From: an uncultured bacterium
GTDB lineage: Bacteria > Krumholzibacteriota > Krumholzibacteriia > Krumholzibacteriales > Krumholzibacteriaceae
NCBI GenBank assembly: GCA_963786935.1
Contig: CAWBAN010000001.1
Span: forward strand, 1,152,001 to 1,216,000
Direction of reading: 5' to 3'
DNA: 64,000 nt
Made by a program: the position numbers and the translations under genes. Position 1 is the first letter of the stretch. Each line of letters starts with the position of its first letter. The notes beneath the pieces were generated by a model. It was not told the DNA's origin, did not search any database, and saw only the letters and a list, made by a program, of their open reading frames with translations. This document shows, one piece after another, positions 61,672-64,000 of this stretch.

Positions 61672-62561
61672 ACGTCTCCGAAAACGTCGTCGATCGGCAT
61701 GAAGGCATAATCGAATCTCAAATTCTTATAGGCGACGCCGAAACCGCACGTCAGGCCCTGCATCTCGTAGTTGGATTTGTAGCCGGCGCGCAGCGAGAGC
61801 AGCTCCCGGTAATTGTACTCCAGCCCCATGTGCAGCTTGGTCGTGCCGTCGTTCGGAAATACCGCGTCGGCGGCGGCGATGACGCCGCCCATGAGCCACT
61901 CGGCGTCGTAGCGGTACGCCGCGCCTCCCCTGAGCTGGAACGGAGGATAGAACTTCTCCTCGACGAACTTGGCCTGCGGGCCGAGGTTGAGCATCGACGC
62001 CGCGAGCGTGAGCCCTTCGATCATGCTCCGGTGAACGATCCCCGCGTCGAAGGCCCAGCCCGTCGCCGATTCGAAATCGATCTTCTCGTAGATGAGCTTT
62101 CCGGTGACCCCCGCCGATAGATTCGGCAGGACGTCCATCGCGTAGCCCGCCGAGAAAGACAGGTCGTACGGGGAGAACGATCCGTCGGGAACGAGCGCGG
62201 GATAATCGGGGTAGCGGTCCATCTCCCCGTAGGAGAGCCCGGTGAAGTTGATCCCGACCGCGCCGCCGAGCATCTCGTTGACGATCGAGATCTGCTCGAA
62301 GCGCACGTCCATGAGCCACTCGGAATGGGTCACGTCCAGCTCGACGCCGTGGGCGCTCGCCATCCCGGCCGGATTGTAATAGATGCTCGTCGCGTCGGTC
62401 GCGACCGCGGTGTATGCCTCACCCATCCCGAGCGGGCGGGCGCCGTTGCCGAGGCGCAGGAAGAGAAAGCCGCTCGTGCCGGCCTCACCGGCGTGAAGAC
62501 CGGCGCACGGAAGAGCGACGGCGGCGGCGATCAAGACCGCTATCGAGATTCTCCGGATCAT
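61632..62561 (-). CDS. PorV/PorQ family outer-membrane protein
   Basis: FLRLGNGARPLGMGEAYTAVATDATSIYYNPAG...FDAG...NLGP...LRAGY...FDYAF...HRFSL. Confidence 0.88.
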   Translation of the reverse strand: MIRRISIAVLIAAAVALPCAGLHAGEAGTSGFLFLRLGNGARPLGMGEAYTAVATDATSIYYNPAGMASAHGVELDVTHSEWLMDVRFEQISIVNEMLGGAVGINFTGLSYGEMDRYPDYPALVPDGSFSPYDLSFSAGYAMDVLPNLSAGVTGKLIYEKIDFESATGWAFDAGIVHRSMIEGLTLAASMLNLGPQAKFVEEKFYPPFQLRGGAAYRYDAEWLMGGVIAAADAVFPNDGTTKLHMGLEYNYRELLSLRAGYKSNYEMQGLTCGFGVAYKNLRFDYAFMPIDDVFGDVHRFSLNVFSPGR

Positions 62562-62587
62562 GTTCCCTCCCGATTGCTCATACGATA

Positions 62588-62616
62588 ATAGTAATCCTTC
62601 GCGCTCCGGCGGTCAA
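62588..62616 (-). promoter_or_regulatory. Putative sigma70-type promoter
   Basis: TTGACC-N17-TACTAT. Confidence 0.55.
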
Positions 62617-62666
62617 CGTTTGATGCATTCCGTGTGCGCCCTTCAGGCGCGGTCCGGAGAAGGCGC

Positions 62667-64000
62667 CTATCGAATCACGGCGAATTTCTTCGCCCCGGTC
62701 CAATTCCAGCCGTCGCCGGCGGCCTCGATGCGGCAGATATAGACGCCGCCCGAGAACGCCGCTGTCGAGAAGCTCGTCTCGAACGGAACGGCGCTCCCCG
62801 CGAACCACGAATGGTCGAGTGTCCGTTCGGCGACCTTCTCTCCTTCCATATTGAATATGGTCACCGTCACGCGCGCCGGGGCCGACACGAGCACCCTCGC
62901 CGTTACCTGCGACCCTTCCGCGGGATTCGGATACATGATAAACGTGGCCTCGTCGACGTTCTCCGCGCGCGGGTGTTCGGGCGCGCCCTGATTATCCTGT
63001 CGCGCCGATCCGTATGAATCGTGCCGGTGCATGCGCCACATCTGGCGGGCAACGGCGACCTCGATCCCTGGATCATATCTTCTGACCGCGGATACGGCAC
63101 CGGCGGTCGCGCCCGTCCCACCGCCCCCCGCATACGGTATCGCGGCCGCGCAATCGACGATGTAGAGCCCGCTCGATTCCCCCCAGAGAAGGGTAAGGGA
63201 TCCGCCCCGTGCCCCCTCCCCCGCCAGCGGCCAGCCGCCGGTCTCTCTCCCGCCGAAATCGAACGAGTGAATATCTCCCGCAATGAGGAACAGGACTTCC
63301 CTCGCGCCGTCCTCGTTGATATCGCCGACGACGGGAGCCGGAACGGAGACGAGATCCTCGCGTCCGACGACCGCTTCGTCGAGCGCGCGCGGCCATCCCC
63401 TCGCCGGAACGCCGAATCCCGAAAAGAGCATGCAGCGCGACTCGTCGCGGAGAGCGGTCTCGAGGGTTCCGTCCCCGTCGACATCGGAGAGCGCGGGCGC
63501 CGAATAGCGGCCTCCCCGCATGCGGGCTGATCGAACGGCCCCTTCCGTCTCGTAATAGAAGAGCCCCTCCCCGTCGACCGCCGCCACCATCTCGTCCTTT
63601 CCATTTCCATCGATGTCCCCCGCCGAAATCGTCAGGAGCGTGTTCGGCTTCTTGTATAATCCCACTGCTTGCGTGACGACGTTCGCCGGATCGATCGACA
63701 TCGCTCCGCTCGTCCCCGTCGGCACGATGATGTCCCATACGGCCACGGGGATGAAATTGAAACAGAGGCCGCGATCGGCGTCGTACGTGGCGATGTAATC
63801 GCCGACAATCTGATGACCCTCGTCCGGTGTGATGACCTTGATGATCCCGGAGGCGGGGTGCGATACGATCTGCCCTTTCATGATGCCGATCTCATAGCCC
63901 ATGGGCCCCCGCCGAACCCATCCCGGCCCCGGCGACGTCCCTTCGTTCGTGAGCACCAGGAGATACGTGCTGTCGGCGGTCGACGAGAACGCGAGAATCT
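62667..64000 (-). CDS. FG-GAP/VCBS repeat protein with T9SS-like C-terminal domain, 5'-partial
   Basis: GDIDGNGKDE, DVDGDGTLE, GDINEDGARE, GWP motifs; C-terminus YPNP...IFNMEGE...GGVY...KKFAVIR. Frame is open to the window edge. Confidence 0.85.
   Translation of the reverse strand, partial: ILAFSSTADSTYLLVLTNEGTSPGPGWVRRGPMGYEIGIMKGQIVSHPASGIIKVITPDEGHQIVGDYIATYDADRGLCFNFIPVAVWDIIVPTGTSGAMSIDPANVVTQAVGLYKKPNTLLTISAGDIDGNGKDEMVAAVDGEGLFYYETEGAVRSARMRGGRYSAPALSDVDGDGTLETALRDESRCMLFSGFGVPARGWPRALDEAVVGREDLVSVPAPVVGDINEDGAREVLFLIAGDIHSFDFGGRETGGWPLAGEGARGGSLTLLWGESSGLYIVDCAAAIPYAGGGGTGATAGAVSAVRRYDPGIEVAVARQMWRMHRHDSYGSARQDNQGAPEHPRAENVDEATFIMYPNPAEGSQVTARVLVSAPARVTVTIFNMEGEKVAERTLDHSWFAGSAVPFETSFSTAAFSGGVYICRIEAAGDGWNWTGAKKFAVIR

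Overview
High-GC chromosomal window from a diderm bacterium, probably an FCB-related candidate lineage such as Krumholzibacteriota or Latescibacterota (inferred from gene content). Every recognisable gene except lpxH is on the minus strand. The right third is mostly housekeeping: short RpoD-like sigma factor, M23 peptidase, amidase, cdaR-like, hisS-aspS, phoH-pgpH-like-ybeY-corC-DUF502-recO-glyQS. The left two thirds are rich in surface and secretion genes: five proteins with T9SS-like/FlgD C-terminal sorting domains, three PorV-like beta-barrels, two paralogous lipoproteins, a CBM48 (glycogen-binding) outer-membrane cluster and ppdK. The best candidate for an undescribed system is a putative operon behind a sigma54-type promoter. 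It runs from a 4,950-aa Ig-repeat surface protein, to a PorV-like barrel fused to TPR repeats, to a single membrane protein carrying RsbW kinase, sensor, HAMP, PP2C phosphatase, transposase-like HTH and the start of a STAS domain. The ORF track misses this last gene because it runs off the window edge. Two genes are broken at G6 runs that need G7, most likely sequencing errors. I saw no rRNA, tRNA, CRISPR array or intact mobile element.
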